From NCBI GenBank assembly GCA_046563655.1, contig CM102285.1:7502001-7566000 (forward strand): a stretch of DNA of 64,000 nt. The letters run 5' to 3'. The notes below the pieces were generated by a model, which was not told the origin of the DNA, did not search any database, and saw nothing but the letters and a program-made list of their open reading frames with translations. Positions within the stretch are counted from its first letter, which is position 1. Each line of letters opens with the position of its first letter. Origin of the DNA: Yuukianura sp. NJ FZ-2021 (Eukaryota). Shown here one piece after another: positions 10,946 to 24,211 of this stretch. The translations under genes and the position numbers were made by a program.

Positions 10946-12135
10946 ATGCACTACAACGTAGATGAACCGAGATGCACAATCACGCAATGTCTTCTTTCAC
11001 AGCTGGGCAGTTAATGATCCCAATTAGGAATAACATTTCCATTGTTTCTACTACATAGTACATCAAAGAAAGAAAGTTTTTTTCATGTATTATGACAATG
11101 AAAATATATTTGGCCAGCTAATTTGATACGCTTTTAAGACTTGACTTAACTGCTAACTACGATTTCAGTACTCTTCATATTTTTTTAATTTTAGTAAACA
11201 GAAATGGCAGTTATGGTATATCACAACCTGCTGGAGCTTATTCTTTTAAAACAAATTGGCATAAATTTCCCCCCAGTACGTGTAAAAGTGAAAATATTGA
11301 ACAGCTTAATTTCTTGTCAAATTAGACAAAGCGGATCAAAGTGGTAGACTCATCGTGTCAGGGCTAGCATTAGCTTCGGCAACTTCGTTGGGCGTTTCGA
11401 TTTTCCGCCAGCTTTCTACTTGTAGAAAATGTTGAACATTACAATTTTCTGCAGACAATTTTTCACATTTTGATTTTCTGCAAGTAATTTTTGGTTGTAT
11501 TTTTTTTTTTCCAATTTGCAGCAAATCATGTAGAAGGCAGTCGATCTCCCCTCATAATTTACCACTCTACCAACCAATTTCTACGATGCGATTTTCGGCG
11601 GCACGATTTTCTACGTTATGATTTTAAATTTACTACGAATTTCTACACCACGATTTGAATTAATCTTAGCAAATGAGTAAAAAAAACTCTTAACAATTTT
11701 TTAATAATCGCTGAGTGAACAGTAAAATTTAAAAAAAAAAATTGGCCGGATTTCTGCCCAGCACTAGTAATGGTGGTATGCGTGCGGTGCATCATGTATG
11801 AAGTAACTCGGTGTTGGGTTGAAATATTTACACTACCACTTCAAGTGGTCCACATGGACTGAGTAGTATTGAATAAGTAAGTTACGATTTTGTTGCTAAT
11901 TATCGGTGGTTTAAGTTGTTAACTTTTGTTTTATCACCTTGAAATTGATTAAAAATATTCGCTGAAACCGTCATAGTGCAGTTTTGTACTCATTGTCATT
12001 GGTTCTCACAACGTCACACTGTTTCGAAAAGTGGCTAACGGGTGGCTACTTTTACAATCCATAGGAATCAAAACGTTGAGCGTCCGTCCACTTACGGTGT
12101 CAATCTCAAGGGAAATCAAAACAACGTGCTACAAG

Positions 12136-12501
12136 ATGGCTGACAACCGTGTAATCAAAGCAAGTATTGAACCACCCTTCAGTTCCAGAGCGAACGGCAT
12201 TGCAGAAAATGAAACAACTTCCTCCGATATGAGGATGAATGTCACGTCGTGTCAAGTCAAGGGGAATGTCATTGCTGATCATCCCCACTTTCTCAGTTGT
12301 CAAGGCCATGCGTTATTGCAAAGTAGAGAGACTCAGACCCACTCATTCATTTATGACCTGGGTCAACTTGTCTGGGAAGAAAAGATTTCGGTTCCTATTC
12401 CTATTTTAGCCGAAACAATTCCGGTGAAGGTGGAGATCGGTCATGTCGGAGACAGTGAGAGACAAGACTCGTCGGTTGAACTGAAAGAACCTAAACATTT
12501 G
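12136..12501 (+). CDS. Candidate first coding exon (A) of the RluA/RPUSD2-like gene
   Basis: AAG-ATG-G start, 122 open codons, phase-0 donor TTG|GTGAGG compatible with the phase-0 exon at 39361; no recognisable homology. Confidence 0.45.
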
Positions 12502-15500
12502 GTGAGGAAAATGATCTTCTAATTATTTTTTTTGTTAATTAGTAAGTTAAATCATTTTATTTAGCAGCGGCGACTTCTGATTGCGTGTGCGCAGTAGGTC
12601 AACGTTCAGTAGTGGCAAGCACTAAAGAAGTGTAACGAACTATTAGCAGTTTAATTAAAACAGCTCAAGCATAGTCCAAAGTTGCGGATCCGGCAGCAAC
12701 GCGTTGCCTTTAATCCGGGGTTTTAAAACGAACATAAACACGTTTCTTCTAATGATCAAACTACAAACGCTACACAAATTGCGTTAATCTAAACCTCCTT
12801 CTGTTGCATTTAGTTAAAATACATAGGCTTTTTGATCACTATCGGTATTCTATTCAGAAATTCAGTTTGAATCCCTTCGCTTTCGCTGTGATTTCTTTTT
12901 TTTTTTTGAATGTTTTTGTGTGCTTTTCAGCAGTTCTTAACAAGACAGAAAAAAACAGTATTTTTATTGTCAATTAGACTCCTCAAGACAAATTGTCTGG
13001 CATAACAGCCAGGAACTTACTAAAAATCGTAAAACAAAATCCTAATTATGGTAAACTTAAATTTTTGTGTACTACTGCAGTACTGAAGCGAAATTGCGAC
13101 TTTGCCGACTTTCCTTCCTCCGACCTTCACTTGTTCCATTTTCTTTTTCAAGTTTAAATGGTTGGGGTATTACGTTCTGTATGGTTAATTTAGCAGTATG
13201 ACATGGAGTTTAAAAATTAAGAGCGGCTTGCATGCGAGTAACTGTAATTCGAAATCGCTTCTGTTTTGTCTCATTTGTCATAACCAGAGTGACCTGCTTA
13301 GACCTGAAAGAGAAAGATTCGGGTCGACGTGCCTTCTTTCACTCAATCGGAGGAGAAAGTAGGAGCATATTTGCCTTTGAAGTATACGTTAGCAGTAGCC
13401 CAGTAGTCGGTAGTGGACTAGTGTGCATGTAGAAGTTGCTTTTAGCACTGGTAACAAGGTAGAGTAGAACTTCCTTTCTGGAATTGCGAAAGTGATTAAT
13501 AGTGTGATATGGCCAGATTAATTGTGGAGTATCAAGGGGTAATTAAAGGTTCTTTTAGGAAGGATTTGGGGGAACGAAACACGAGTTAGTGTGCGAGTGA
13601 GTAGAAAGAAGTGGGAGGGTGTAGAATAATAAATTAAATTAAATTGATGATTGTTCTTCGAGGGGTACTTATGGTTAAGTTTTGGGAAAATAGAAAACGA
13701 GGAAAAGCGTGTATTTCAGGAAATATAATATAAGTTTATTAACTTTGCACAAAATATTTAAAGGATCAATTGTTACTGGAAATTCATTTCGTATGGTTCA
13801 CCATGAGTAGTTTCCCAGAAGTTTCTGCTTTTTGTTTTCTCCTCGTGTAAGATTGTGCGGAGGCGGACCAAGACCGATTGCATTGTTTCTGAATATCCAG
13901 GATCAAGTGTTACATTTTCTTTTACTTGAACAAGAACGTTTTTAGTCTTTATTCACTTTGTGTGGCTCGTTTGAACTAAAGTGGTTTCTTTTTTTTTTAG
14001 TGAAATTCAATTTACTCCCTTTTGTTCGTAGGTTTTTCATTAACATTCTTCAGACTGACATCGAATGGAATGAAGGAACGACGTAATTTTTAAGAAGCGC
14101 TTTAAGAAGTTTCTGTCACAGTTTCCTGCCAAGTCCATTTTCCAACCTATTGATGCTTCTGTTCCGAATCGAATCTGTTTTAGCCTCGGCTGCTCTAAAA
14201 TTCCAAATCACAAGCAGCCATTTAAGACTTAAAGAAAATATGGAGTTTTACAGGAAGTATTGTGCAAATAGTTGTATTATCACGTTTCACATTTGACAAT
14301 ACTACACGCCATATCCAAAGGTTCTGCAAGGCACTTGCTCCGTTTCGGTGGGTAGCTTTCTCTAAAAAGAATCTACATGAACTACATGAATACTTCTACA
14401 TGTACTACATGAATACTTCTTGGATACTGATTAAGTTGGTCGATGGCGGCAACTATTTAGCATTTAGCTAACAGCATCATCGCCAGAAGAACAAAGAAAG
14501 CGACAAGAGTGGGAGCAGAAATTCTAGACACTGTTTTTGTTCATTATGTTCATACATTGTCAGCTCATATACGTTTTATAAATACACGAAGAATGGAAAG
14601 CAGGAAGAGCGTAGACGACGGCCTAACAGAGTGTGCGGGCTTAGTTGACACTACTGAGACGCCGTTCTTACGTCGGTTGCCTAATTAATCATTCCTTGAG
14701 CTCAGTGGATCGTGGAATAATGGGAGAATTATGATGTTGAAAAGAGACTGCTGAGATTGGATCAGAATGAAGTATCAGTTTCCAACTTTTGTCTCCTGTC
14801 CTGTGTCTATTCACTCTCAGCAGCATTATAGCGTAAGCGACAAGTTGAAACAATGGAATTGTCGGTGTTGAAGAAATCTGTCACCTAGGAGGCAAGGCAG
14901 TGCGCTAGAATTGGAGGAAAGCTTAGGAATTAGGAATTTGTGTCAGTCCTGCTACGTGACAATTGTTCGCGATGAGAATTAGATTCGGTGTTTTGATTCG
15001 GATGGACTAATTTGTCGATGAGACAAGTATTCTTACAGGCGGAGTGGGAGTGGGATGTTTCAGTTGTTCAATTTAGAAATTATGAAATTTACACCTTCTG
15101 AGGAATTTGGTATTTGGTACATGAGGAGTTTGTAGAATTGGCAAAAACCTGAGAATTTGATGATTTTTCAAAAATCTGCCGCAAGTTTTGAATTTCTGTG
15201 CTTACAGTGGTTTGGGGCAGAAAACAGAAATTACGAGACACTTGAGATGGATAATGCTTTTTTAAAGTTTGGATTTTCTTTTGAGGCAAAGGCATTGTTT
15301 CGTTTTGAAAAATTGAAATGCATAAATGATGTCAAGCGTTAAGTGTCACGTCGCCATTTGTGAGAAGAGAAAATTGTGTCCCTGCTGGCATTTTGAAGTG
15401 TTCGTGTGTGCCTTTCGCGTACTACAGCAATTTACAATTCTGCCCAATTGAATTCATTTAAAATCCATTGTGTTTTCAGTCAACTTTAAATTGACCTGGC

Positions 15501-18279
15501 CTGAGGGCCCAGTCTCGTCGTTACAGTTTTACAGTTACAAGTATTTATTTACTACATACTTCCTAATCACGTGACGTGAAATCGCACAACAGACATTTTT
15601 GTTCTTTTCGGTTTACATAACAAAATAATAGCGAAAGGTGCCTTTAGCATCAAAGCATTAAAAATTATGTTTTTGCTCAAATTTGTACTTGAGATTGTAA
15701 ATTCCAATAATCACGCGATTGCTTAACTTTCAGTTTAAAGAAGTCACGTTTACTTTTGAGGCGTAAAACAAATTGTTCTGACCTCACTTTCTCTTAAATT
15801 ACTCAAATTCAATATCCATCTCAAAGAAAAAAAAACAGGGAAAAAGGTAACAGCGTTTTATTTTTTGTTGCAAAAAAGAGTTTGCACTGTCATGATTTTT
15901 GAGTGTTTGGTGTAACGTAATCTCTCTTTGTGCACGAATTGACCAGCCTATTGTCTTCCATTCAGGTTCAGTTACATAAAATGTGGCAAAGTATCTTAAT
16001 CTACAATGGAAATGGGATTCAAAGGTATTCCATGTCCGCTATGTCAAGGATTATAGAATTTTAGAAATTGTAAAATTAGAACGTAATTGAATCTGTGTTT
16101 GCCAGGAATTAGATACTGGGAGGCGTAGAAGGTTGAACAGTGAAACTTGAATCCAGAATTTTGACTTTTGCAAACATCAAAACGCCCATTGTCAAGTGGC
16201 TTTGTGCCGAGAGGGAGATCATGTTGTCTCTTTTTCCAAAGCCTGGATGTGGTTTGCAGCCCAAAGTTTTTCTTTCCCTGCCCTCCTGTTCCTATTGTCA
16301 GAATTCGTTTTGGCACGGAGAGAGTAAAAGTTTGCAAAAATTGTGGCTGGGCTTGGAGTTGCCTTGTCAAGGAGAAGGCAGGCGACGGCTGTGCTCCGCA
16401 GGGACAGGCGCTGCTTTTTACAATGGCAAGACTAGCAAACGGAGTGTGTGGCATTTTAGTTCTCGTTGGGCGAGCCAAAGAGGCAGACACGATTTTGCGG
16501 CGTGGAAGTTAGAGCCTTGCATCACAAGTTTTGTTCCTAAAAACAAATGCTAAAATTCCAAAATCGAAAGCATTTGGATTGTAGGAAAAACAATTTCTGA
16601 AATAACCTTGTAAAAGTTGGTGCTTCCGGGTACTTTCGCCAGTTTTATCAGAATCAACTTTAGCTTGTTGACACTCGACTAAATTGGAGAAATTGTTTTG
16701 AAAAACTGTTGAAAACAAAGTGTTCATAACTGTTTGTTCTTGTGTTAGGGGAATTTGGTGCTGAAATTGAAAAGAAGCGACGTAATGCATGCATATGGGA
16801 GTGAAAGCAGGTTTTTTCCATTGTTTCCAGTCTAAATTCTCCATCTCTCTCTCTCTGTGACGAGCACTTGAGAAAATTAAATGGAATAAGGCCTTAAGGG
16901 ACAGTGGCTTTTTAAGCAGTGCTTTCCCATTTACAAAGTGTCAACTCCATGTCAAATTGGTAACGCTTTCTCTGGCATATTTCATCAGGACGTTATCTTT
17001 TTCTGACTGGTCTGTCCAATCTCTAAAAAGCATAAAGTCAACATGAAACCGTAGAGACGCAATTCAGCATAGGTGTGGCGGAACTGAATCGGCAAAATTA
17101 AAAAAAAAACGCAGCCTTTTTTAATTCTAAAAGCTTTAGATTATTGATTTTGATAGCTTAACCCGGAAATTCTGTACGTTTTAAAATGAATTTAAGGTCA
17201 GAGCACATGCATTAAAGTGAGCTAAAAATTTGGTTGAGCAAACATTTAAATGTTTTTCTTGTGCAGGGAAAGTTTTAGTGGTTTGAATTTTGAGAAAATG
17301 GAATTTTTCCTTTTTGCATTTTAAGTTTCTCGTTTTACGAAAAACACACTTTTTGCAGGTGAAGTTGAGCTCACGTTAATAATTACAATTGTTCCGCCTT
17401 GCTTTTGCTCTGTCACATTATTACTAAAATTCATAGCCATTTTCCTGTGCCAACTGCAACGTGACTTTGAGGTTCAGGGTTCAGGGTGTATGCCCCACTA
17501 GTAGTAATTAAATTGAGTGCTCTCAGCCTGAACTAAACGAAATCCCTAACATCACACAAGACAAAAGCTTATGCCAAAATAGACCTTTGGTTTCGAGTAA
17601 ATAATTGGCACCACAGGAAACCACAATTCTCCTAAAAAAAACGTAACTGTGGCCAATTTGGGAAAAAGGTCTATGTAATGGGCTTACCTCAATCAAGACC
17701 AAAATGTCGGAATTTCACTTTCACAGATGAATTTTCTAATGAGAGGGAGAGATGGGAGATTAAATTGATTTTTTCAGTTTTTCGAAAAGGATTCTCTCAT
17801 CTTGTGATGTATTTTGACGTTTGACTCCACATGCCCCACCACTACTAAACAACCAGACTTCTTTGTAGTCAGAGATAAAAGCGAAAAAAAACTCTTCGTT
17901 CTCTCAACTGAAAATTGGTTTTGAAGGAGAAACTAATCTTTGAAAAGCATTTTGAAAAGTTTTTAAACAAAAGCTGAATAAGTTTGTATTGAAAATGCCG
18001 ACTGCTGAGTATGTTTAAAAATGTTTAGAAAACTGTGAGTGTAGAATTGACTAAAGTCCAAGAAATTATCATTGGGAAACGAATGGTGAAAGACAAGGGA
18101 ACATTGAAATCGGAGAAATAGGACGTGGAGCAGGAGTTTCAAGATCTAAAGTTCTACCCGCCTTGTACTAGACGTTTTCTGCAGAATGTAGATGTCTAAA
18201 AAACCGATTCTTGCCGAGACTTGACATCTGTTTTGAAGTTGTTTTAAAAAAGTCGGTTAAAAAAGAAGACAGATTGAAA

Positions 18280-18619
18280 ATGCAGTCTCCGTGGCTGTTC
18301 TTTGCTCCAAGTTATACCTCATTACCCCTGGCCCATCAGGCTCAAGTGCAGCAGGGAACAGGGAAACCTCTGACCTCTGCCCATGCCCTTACATTCCCCT
18401 TGGCAGCCATGTCACAGGGCCCCCTCTTCTGTCTCCCCTCCAGGAAATCCCTTTGGAGCCTTTGGCCCACCGCCACCCCATCATCATCCCCATCCATCAC
18501 ATTCTCAGCTACTGCTCGCTGCAGCGGCTGCCGCAGCCTATGGCCAACAGTGCGCAACGCTCCTCCATCAACAGATTCCGAGACAGCAACCCATGCCCAA
18601 CGGCAACTTTCACTTGAAG
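18280..18619 (+). CDS. Candidate alternative first coding exon (B) of the RluA/RPUSD2-like gene, with an apparent 1-nt frameshift
   Basis: GC-rich coding-like island; MQSPWLFFAP... then, in another frame, PPPPHHHPHP..AAAAAAA..GNFHLK|GTAAAC (phase 0). Confidence 0.55.
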
Positions 18620-18775
18620 GTAAACTTTTTCACTTTGTTTACTTTTGGAAAAAGCATCAAGTGTGGATGAACAAATGACTGAATCTGCCAAACCAAACGT
18701 TGAATCGATCTGTAGGCAGAAAACTTGGAGTGGTCGGTTTTGTCATCAGCATCACCAAGTGAGGTTGGCTTGTAG

Positions 18776-19401
18776 CAGAGATGGGAATGGGACCCTGTAC
18801 CCAACTGGGGCCCTGTTGCTCACCCTGTTCAACTGGGTTTTGGGCGAGCGAGCCGATAATTGAGTTGGGCGTGGGCGAGCGAGCTTTTCATCTCTATTTA
18901 GTGAACAGGGAGGGTATTTTGTGGAAGACGAAATGGGACCCGACTCAAATATTTGGACCAACTAGCTCTTGATTCTCAAATCCCATTCTCATTTCTCAGA
19001 AGCAAATTCGCGGCGCCGCATTTAAACTTTGAAAGTATTCACTTCTCTAATTTCAATAATTCTCAAACAGCCGATTAAAGTGTTTTTTCCACCACCGGAA
19101 CTTATTTTAAATGCAAAAAGAGCACAGCTGAGCGAACGGCTCTTCATCAGTAGTATTACTTTCATCCACAACTTATAGCTAAATGAGTAGAAAAGGAAAA
19201 AAAAATGGATTGATCTGTATTGTATTGGACTGTATAGGGTTCAATCGGGTGGGCGGGTTTTTGTTCGACCTGACCAATTGGTCAACTGGGCGAGCGGGCA
19301 TTTCTGAAAATTCAGCCGGGCGAGCGAGCTTTCAATTTGGGTGCCCAACTCCGTAGCTGAACAGGGCGGGCGCCGGAAAACGCTGCCCATTCCCATCTCT
19401 G
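18776..19401. mobile_element. hAT-type MITE
   Basis: 16-bp TIR CAGAGATGGGAATGGG; 8-bp TSD GCTTGTAG (18768-18775, 19402-19409); internal GGGCGAGCGAGC repeats. Confidence 0.9.
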
Positions 19402-21532
19402 GCTTGTAGTACAACCCTAGTGCAAGATTGCAAAAGTTTGTTGCAACTTTCTATAATTCTTGCCCTTTTTTTTGTGAAAAGTATACAAAAAACACTGATT
19501 TTCCCCAAATTATTCTTTGATGGAGTTGAAAAGTTTTAGAGGACTGGCAATGTTTTTTTTTGTTGGAATGCAAGAGAGAAAACGGCAAAGATCAAATGAT
19601 TTTTTTACAATGAAAACTTTTCGTGAGTCATTTAAATTGGGGCATTTTTATTGCGTTTTTTAACATGTGTTTTTTTTAAAGATTTTTGTTCTCACGTTTT
19701 GCTTGAATTCATTTTTTTACTGCTTTTTTTATATACTGAACTTAGGGAGCTTATAACCAGCGATTTGAGAGCTAATGAAAGTGACACCAATTCGCGTGTC
19801 AAGTTAAAAAAATTTTTAGCGTTTTTGTCTGGCACTCCCCTGATTTTCAACTTTAGTGTTATTGCAATTCAATTTCTTAAAAAAAAAGTGTAGTTAAATT
19901 TTTAAGGCTTTGGTTTTTTAACAAAAACTTGCTTTTATAGCCCATTACAAAAAATTATGGATTCGATTTCCCTTTTTTAATGTCTACGAGATTTTCCGCC
20001 CTTACTTTTTGTGTTTTTTTAGTTCGTTTTCTATTCTTTTTTAATAATTCTGAATCCCCACTGTTGTTCCACCTGTATGATGCTTTTGTGTCAGTCACCA
20101 ATGTACTCCCAAGCATTTTTTCTATTAAATGGATGATTAGAGAAGACTAGGAGGAGTTAATCATAAATTTCATTTTCAGAATTCATTTTTTTAGGATTTT
20201 TATTGTTATACCTTGAGCAGTGTCCGTTTAGGCTTTTGGAAGACTTGGTGGTACTGGGTGGGACACATGCGAAGACAACGCACACAGGAAGATGAAATAT
20301 TGATGAAGCCTAAACGTCTAAAGCCCCATCTAAACATGCGATGAAGTTGATCAATTTTCGGTTGTAAAGATACCGGACAAACCCCAGTAGTTAGGCTTTA
20401 CAAAGTCAGTTACACTTCCGTTCTCAGCTAAAGATTTTTTGTCCAAGGTTTTTTTTGTTGCCAAACTTGAGCTTTTACGGTATAAACCGCCCGATCTACA
20501 GAAACCGCCTTAATTCCCGTTGTCTCCGTTTTCGTTTAATATCTAATGAAAGGAAATGACTGCATTTGGAGGCCACAAAGCTCGAATGGGAAATATTTAG
20601 AAGGAAATGAGGTTGAACCGTGTCAATTGACAGATACGATGAATTTGGCACAACTCCGATGGAATTGTCACGCTTTTCTTAGGGTGATTGGCAGAATTGG
20701 AATGGGGTTTAAATGAGGTTAAATAGGAAGTTTTCGATTCTATTCCAGAAAGGCTGTTAAATTGGAGTTTAAATTAATTATGAGTTAGTGTCTGTTGTTG
20801 TGATAATCGAAGAAAAAGCTTTAGGTTGAAACTCTCCTGTCCATTTCTGGGCAGATTGTCTTTTTTGTAGGTTTACTGCTTGGAGTTAGTCGTTATTTTC
20901 TTTTCTTCTGTGCGGAAAAGTGGGTGAAAGTTTTATGAGATGAGGATTGGGAATTGGGATGGAATTAGAAAATTATGAGGCGTTTTGAAGTTATGATTTC
21001 ATAAATTTATGACAACTGCGCAACTTTTTTCGGCTGAGGGGGTTTGAAGTGGCTTCCGCCATGTTTAATTATGGTGGGTCTTTCATCAACATTGGTGGAA
21101 CATAGCGACAGCAGCGGATATGTGACCAATGGTCGAGAGAATAAGTAAATAGAGAAGGGAAATGTCAAGTGCTTGGACTTCGGTGAACTTTATTTGTGTG
21201 TTTTTGTTCTTTTGACTAACTTTTTGGAGTGTTATTTCTATATGAGTTTGCGTGTTTGACTCTTTCAAAGCATGGACATAAGTCAAGGGAGCGTGAAAAG
21301 CGAAAAACTGTCAAGATGGAGTGTTGATTATTAATGTTGGATACCTTGGAAGTTCGTTGAATTTTATGCTAAACCTTGGATTTTGAATTAGGTTATGGTT
21401 CGAGGGTGTGCTTTTCGCTGTTATTGTAATATTTTGATCTGGGAAATGGACTAAAGGGACTTTCGGCATAAGAGTTTGAGTAGGATTTCCATCCATTATG
21501 TGAGACTTCAATCCATCTTGAGGAGCCTTTGA

Positions 21533-22776
21533 GAGTAACTCTTTGTGAAATGTGTAAATGGTCAAAACCATCGTATTTTTTGATCGTTTTCAAACTTTGC
21601 ACACGAAAAGTACCTACCAAAAAAAATTTTTTCGCGCAAAAAGCTAAGCCGTATCAGTGACCCCTGCGCAGTACTTCAAGGGCAAAGTCGCCATTTTGGA
21701 AAAAGTGCGGATTGCATATCTTTGGAACGGATTGACGGATTGACCTCATCTTGGTGTCAAAAGAAAGGGTTCAATGAGCCCTTGAAGTGATTTTTTTCAA
21801 ATTTTATGTAAGGGCCCATGGGCCCTTAAAAATTAATGCCGAAAGAACCCCTTATTTTCACCTTCTTTTTTATTTCTCTTACGTCTGAAAAACATAGGCC
21901 AAATCAATTATATAGTAAAGGGCAACCTTCCATATGGTAAAGGGCCCTACATACGCTTAAGGGTACCCATGCAAAATGAACTTTTAAGCATTGGATTAAA
22001 GTTTTTACAAAATATCTACATCCAAATAACTTTAAAAATTAACGCTGAAAGCACACCTGTCTAATATTTGGAGCCTAATATTGAGGGGGCCCTTTAGGCG
22101 CGGTAGTCACCCCTTAAGGTTCTTTTCTTGAATATGAAGTTTTAGGATGTTTCTAACCCATTGGCCAACTTCGGATGCTTGCGTAAGTTTTTCAAGAAAT
22201 ATTGTATAGGAGACCCTTGAAGGGAGTAGTGACCCTTAGGATGATTCTTTCTTAATTGCCATTTTTATAGCTATTTGGATGTAGATATTTTGTAAAAACT
22301 TTAATCCAATGCTTAAAAGTTCATTTTGCATGGGTACCCTTAAGTGTATGTAGGGCCCTTTACCATATGGAAGGTGACCCTTTACTATATAATTGATGTG
22401 GCGTATGTTTTTTAGACGTAAGAGCAATAAAAAAGCAGGTGAAAATAAGGGTTTTTTTCGGCATTAATTTTTAAGGGCCCATGGGCCCTTACACAAAATT
22501 TGAAAAAAATCACTTCAAGGGCTCATTGAACCCTTTCTTTTGACACCAAGATGAGGTCAATCCGTCAATCCGTTCCAAAGATATGCAATCCGCACTTTTT
22601 CCAAAATGGCGACTTTGCACTGGAAGTACTGCGCAGGGGTCACTGATATGGCTTAGCTTTTTGCGCGAAAAAATTTTTTTTGATAGGTACTTTTCGTGTG
22701 CAAAGTTTGAAAACGATCAAAAAATACGATGTGTAAGACTTTTCCAAAAATTTACACATTTCAGAAAGAGTTACTC
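21533..22776. mobile_element. Foldback non-autonomous DNA element, Sola-like
   Basis: ~500-bp inverted arms (21533-~22040, ~22262-22776); GAG...CTC termini; 4-bp TSD TTGA (21529-21532, 22777-22780). Confidence 0.8.
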
Positions 22777-24211
22777 TTGAGGAATTGTGAATTGGGAGTC
22801 ACTGGTTAAGGCATAAGGTTTGGTTGTCCCATCCTTCGAAGGGGCTTAAGTTCAAATCCTACAGCCGCCAAAGGATCCTTTCTCTTTCATATTGAATTCC
22901 GAAGAAGCATTAACTTTCTTCCTCAATCTCAATAATGCATTTTGTGTGTAAGGAGGGTTTTTCTGTATGCGTGTGAGCACTCTGCCACTGAAATGCAAAG
23001 GCTGGGAATTAAATTTAGACTCTCCACTTTCTCATCCCCTCGTCCTTAAAAAAATTCGGCAAAAGATGTTTCGGATCTCGTTCACGCATGCGCCTTATGC
23101 AGCACGTCTCATTATTAAATTTGTAGCGTACCGCTCCAACGGCAGGCAAACTTATTCATGTGAAACGGGCCACTATAGACGTTTTTTTGAAAACGAAAAC
23201 TTCCACTTATTGTATTTTGAAATTCTAAAAGAGAAAGTTTTTCCAAAGCGTATAGAACCTTTCGCCATTTACTGCATTAGTTTTCTCCAGCACTTTTAAC
23301 TTTGGATGTTATATAATTAGCTTACAGGAGGAGAGAATTTTGAGTGATTTTTTGAAAGAAAGTGATGGATGACGAGTGGTTTGTTTGGTGGAGTGAGTTA
23401 TTGAGGGAATTTGGGAATGTTTTGACTGTGTGATGATGTTTCACAAAGTTTGTTTTTCTACTTGACTCAGGGCTTAGAGGAATAAGGAAAAGAGAAAGTG
23501 GCGAAAGTTCTTTTGAGGTTTGACGGTGGATTTTGGGAAGATGGAGAAAGCAGAGCGCGATTCTGAAGGATTGCGGTTAGTTTTTGATGGAGTTCAGCCT
23601 CCTTTGAGTCTTTTCATTTTAAATTTTAAGTCAAGTATGGGACAACTTCTAAAGGTTTATTGGCTTTGGATTAGTGGTTCACTTTCACAACTTCAAGTTG
23701 GAACAGTCTCTTTTGAATTTGGAGTGAATTAAAGGTTAGGTTAGAGATTAGGCTAAAACTAGATTTGGTTAGGTTTGGAAGGTTGTAAGATGAATGTCTG
23801 CTGGGAAATTAATATTTGGAAACGTGTGCACAGGCTGCAACAAGGCAAGTCCACTTTCTCCTAATTTCATCTGCCAATTTATTTTAGGCCAGTCCCTTTG
23901 GAAGTCTTTGTCACAATGGTCTCTGCTCTGAGATACCCGGATTACCTCTTAGCTCTGACTTTTTGGCTGGACTTTGGGTTAGGTTTTAGTTTCTTTTTGT
24001 TCAACTTATCCACTTTGCTGCAGCGTCGCTGATTTAACCGATTTCTGGATGCCTTTTCTGGGTGTAGTAACGGGGGAAAGAGAAAAATGGCACGAACTGT
24101 TTCGTTTTGTGAGAAGAAAAATTAGATTCCTTGCTTCCTTGGATTCCTTCGTATTAATAAATGAACTTTCTCACTTTCCAACATCCTTCCGCAATATTTT
24201 GGATAGGCGTG

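Noticed and set aside
10559..10987. 142-aa ORF
   Set aside because: Runs across a TIR and the element boundary; no transposase motifs.
10998..11766. Possible hAT MITE bounded by GCTGGGCAG / CTGCCCAGC
   Set aside because: Only a 9-bp match and no 8-bp TSD found.
16044..16553. Three overlapping ORFs of 114-148 aa
   Set aside because: No recognisable motif, no convincing splice sites or good start; probably chance ORFs in intronic DNA.
23730..23790. TTAGG-like motifs suggesting interstitial telomere repeats
   Set aside because: Short, degenerate and scattered throughout the window; no true array.
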